The position numbers and the translations under genes were made by a program. The notes beneath the pieces were generated by a model. That model did not search any database and had not been told where the DNA came from. It saw only the letters and a list, made by a program, of their open reading frames with translations. A DNA stretch of 64,000 nt, taken from assembly GCA_030704615.1 (NCBI GenBank), contig CM060734.1, forward strand, positions 46,190,001 through 46,254,000. The letters are read 5' to 3'. Below, one piece after another: positions 62,974-64,000 of the stretch (the first letter of the stretch is position 1; each line of letters starts with the position of its first letter). Source of the DNA: Takakia lepidozioides (Eukaryota > Plantae > Bryophyta).

Positions 62974-64000
62974 CTAAGAAGATGAGAAAGAATCAAGCTC
63001 AGATCCATCCTCGAAGTATGCGCCCTCTTGCAACCATTCATCGGAGGTCTCGGACCATGCTCTTGGGGGTACCCTCCATCTTGTGTAGATGTAACGCTCC
63101 AGGCGCTTGAAAACCTCCAGTTTCTCTAGTGTGGGATTCCATATCCCACTGACAATGCAGTAATTGATATCATAGGGAGGGTTATGATGAGCCCCGTGCA
63201 TCTTTCTTGAGACGAGTATACCCCTATCCTGTAAGGCAATAACAAGCGTGGGTAGCTGGCTGGTCTTCATGTGGGACCACGCGTGGAACTGCTGGCTCAT
63301 CACGACGCAGCCAAGAAACACCCCCAGAAAAGAATCTGCTAATGGGTGACTAGGCAATAAGAGAAACGGGGCCAGAAACATTGAAGCTGGGCGCGCAATT
63401 GCATGTATGTTGTTTGCAAATTGGCGCTTTGTGATTGTCCAGGGCCTCTTATGGTGGCCTTGGAAAGCATCAATTTGGGACCCGAACACCGGGGTCGACG
63501 CATCTCCATAGTTGTCGATTCCCCAGTGGTAAAATCCAGTGCCTAGATCTGACAACACATACGCAAGCAAGGTTCCTCCACAGACCTCCACCATCCCTTC
63601 AAACGAATTGGCTGAAAGGCAAGCCTTGGCCACCATACCCACTACAGCAACGCTTGCAGCTCCCACCCACAAACGGTGCTCCCAGGTGGACTCCAAACTG
63701 CTGTCCGAAAGTCCCATTCCCCCAGCTGAGCTACTCTCCGATTGTCTCGCCTGCCTTGCGATTAGCCCCTTTTCTAGTACAATTTTTTTGTCAGTCTTGA
63801 TCTTTTGACTTGGACCCACATCCCTCCTGCCCTTACGATCCATCAGTAATGTTTCTGTCATTGCTAGACCCTCCATGAATCTATTTTCACTACAATCAGC
63901 CAGACTTCTAGTCTCACTAAGATCGAAATGTCTCAATCGCCCTTCATCCCCATCTTCCAGACCCAAAGGAAGTGTTGAGGAGTTATCATTGCATTTTCCC
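62974..64000 (-). CDS. FAD4: FAD4-type fatty acid desaturase (TMEM189/Kua His-box family), partial; start lies beyond the window
   Basis: YHWGIDNYG, FQGHHKRPW, QQFHAWSH and HGAHHNPPYDINYCIVSGIWN. The frame stays open to the window edge (GKCNDNSSTLP...). Confidence 0.92.
   Translation of the reverse strand, partial: GKCNDNSSTLPLGLEDGDEGRLRHFDLSETRSLADCSENRFMEGLAMTETLLMDRKGRRDVGPSQKIKTDKKIVLEKGLIARQARQSESSSAGGMGLSDSSLESTWEHRLWVGAASVAVVGMVAKACLSANSFEGMVEVCGGTLLAYVLSDLGTGFYHWGIDNYGDASTPVFGSQIDAFQGHHKRPWTITKRQFANNIHAIARPASMFLAPFLLLPSHPLADSFLGVFLGCVVMSQQFHAWSHMKTSQLPTLVIALQDRGILVSRKMHGAHHNPPYDINYCIVSGIWNPTLEKLEVFKRLERYIYTRWRVPPRAWSETSDEWLQEGAYFEDGSELDSFSSS

Overview
Eukaryotic, intron-containing DNA from a land plant, most likely a non-seed plant (inferred from the many PLS-type PPR fragments and the retroelement types). 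Intact host genes: three five-exon paralogues of the GT8 glucuronosyltransferase-like PGSIP7/8 gene (18111-21136 -, 49558-52502 -, 54225-57123 +), a four-exon BI1-like/LIFEGUARD gene (58957-61249 +) and a 5'-truncated FAD4-type desaturase (62974-64000 -). Apart from PGSIP copy A, most of 1-48 kb is nested, decayed transposons (LINEs, a chromodomain Ty3/Gypsy, MULE, CACTA) and PPR pseudogene fragments. The main discovery candidate is a Ty3/Gypsy family, three partial copies, whose polyprotein reads Gag-protease-[DNMT3-like C5 cytosine methyltransferase]-RT-RNaseH-integrase-[PHD finger]. It thus encodes a putative DNA-methylation writer and a histone-tail reader. Secondary signals: (1) relics of a gene fusing OSB-type PDF ssDNA-binding motifs in frame to PPR repeats; (2) a probable ~17 kb inversion revealed by a split CACTA insertion with an AGC target-site duplication; (3) an array of ten co-varying palindromes at 24.85-25.89 kb. 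All calls come from reading motifs by eye; no database searches were run.
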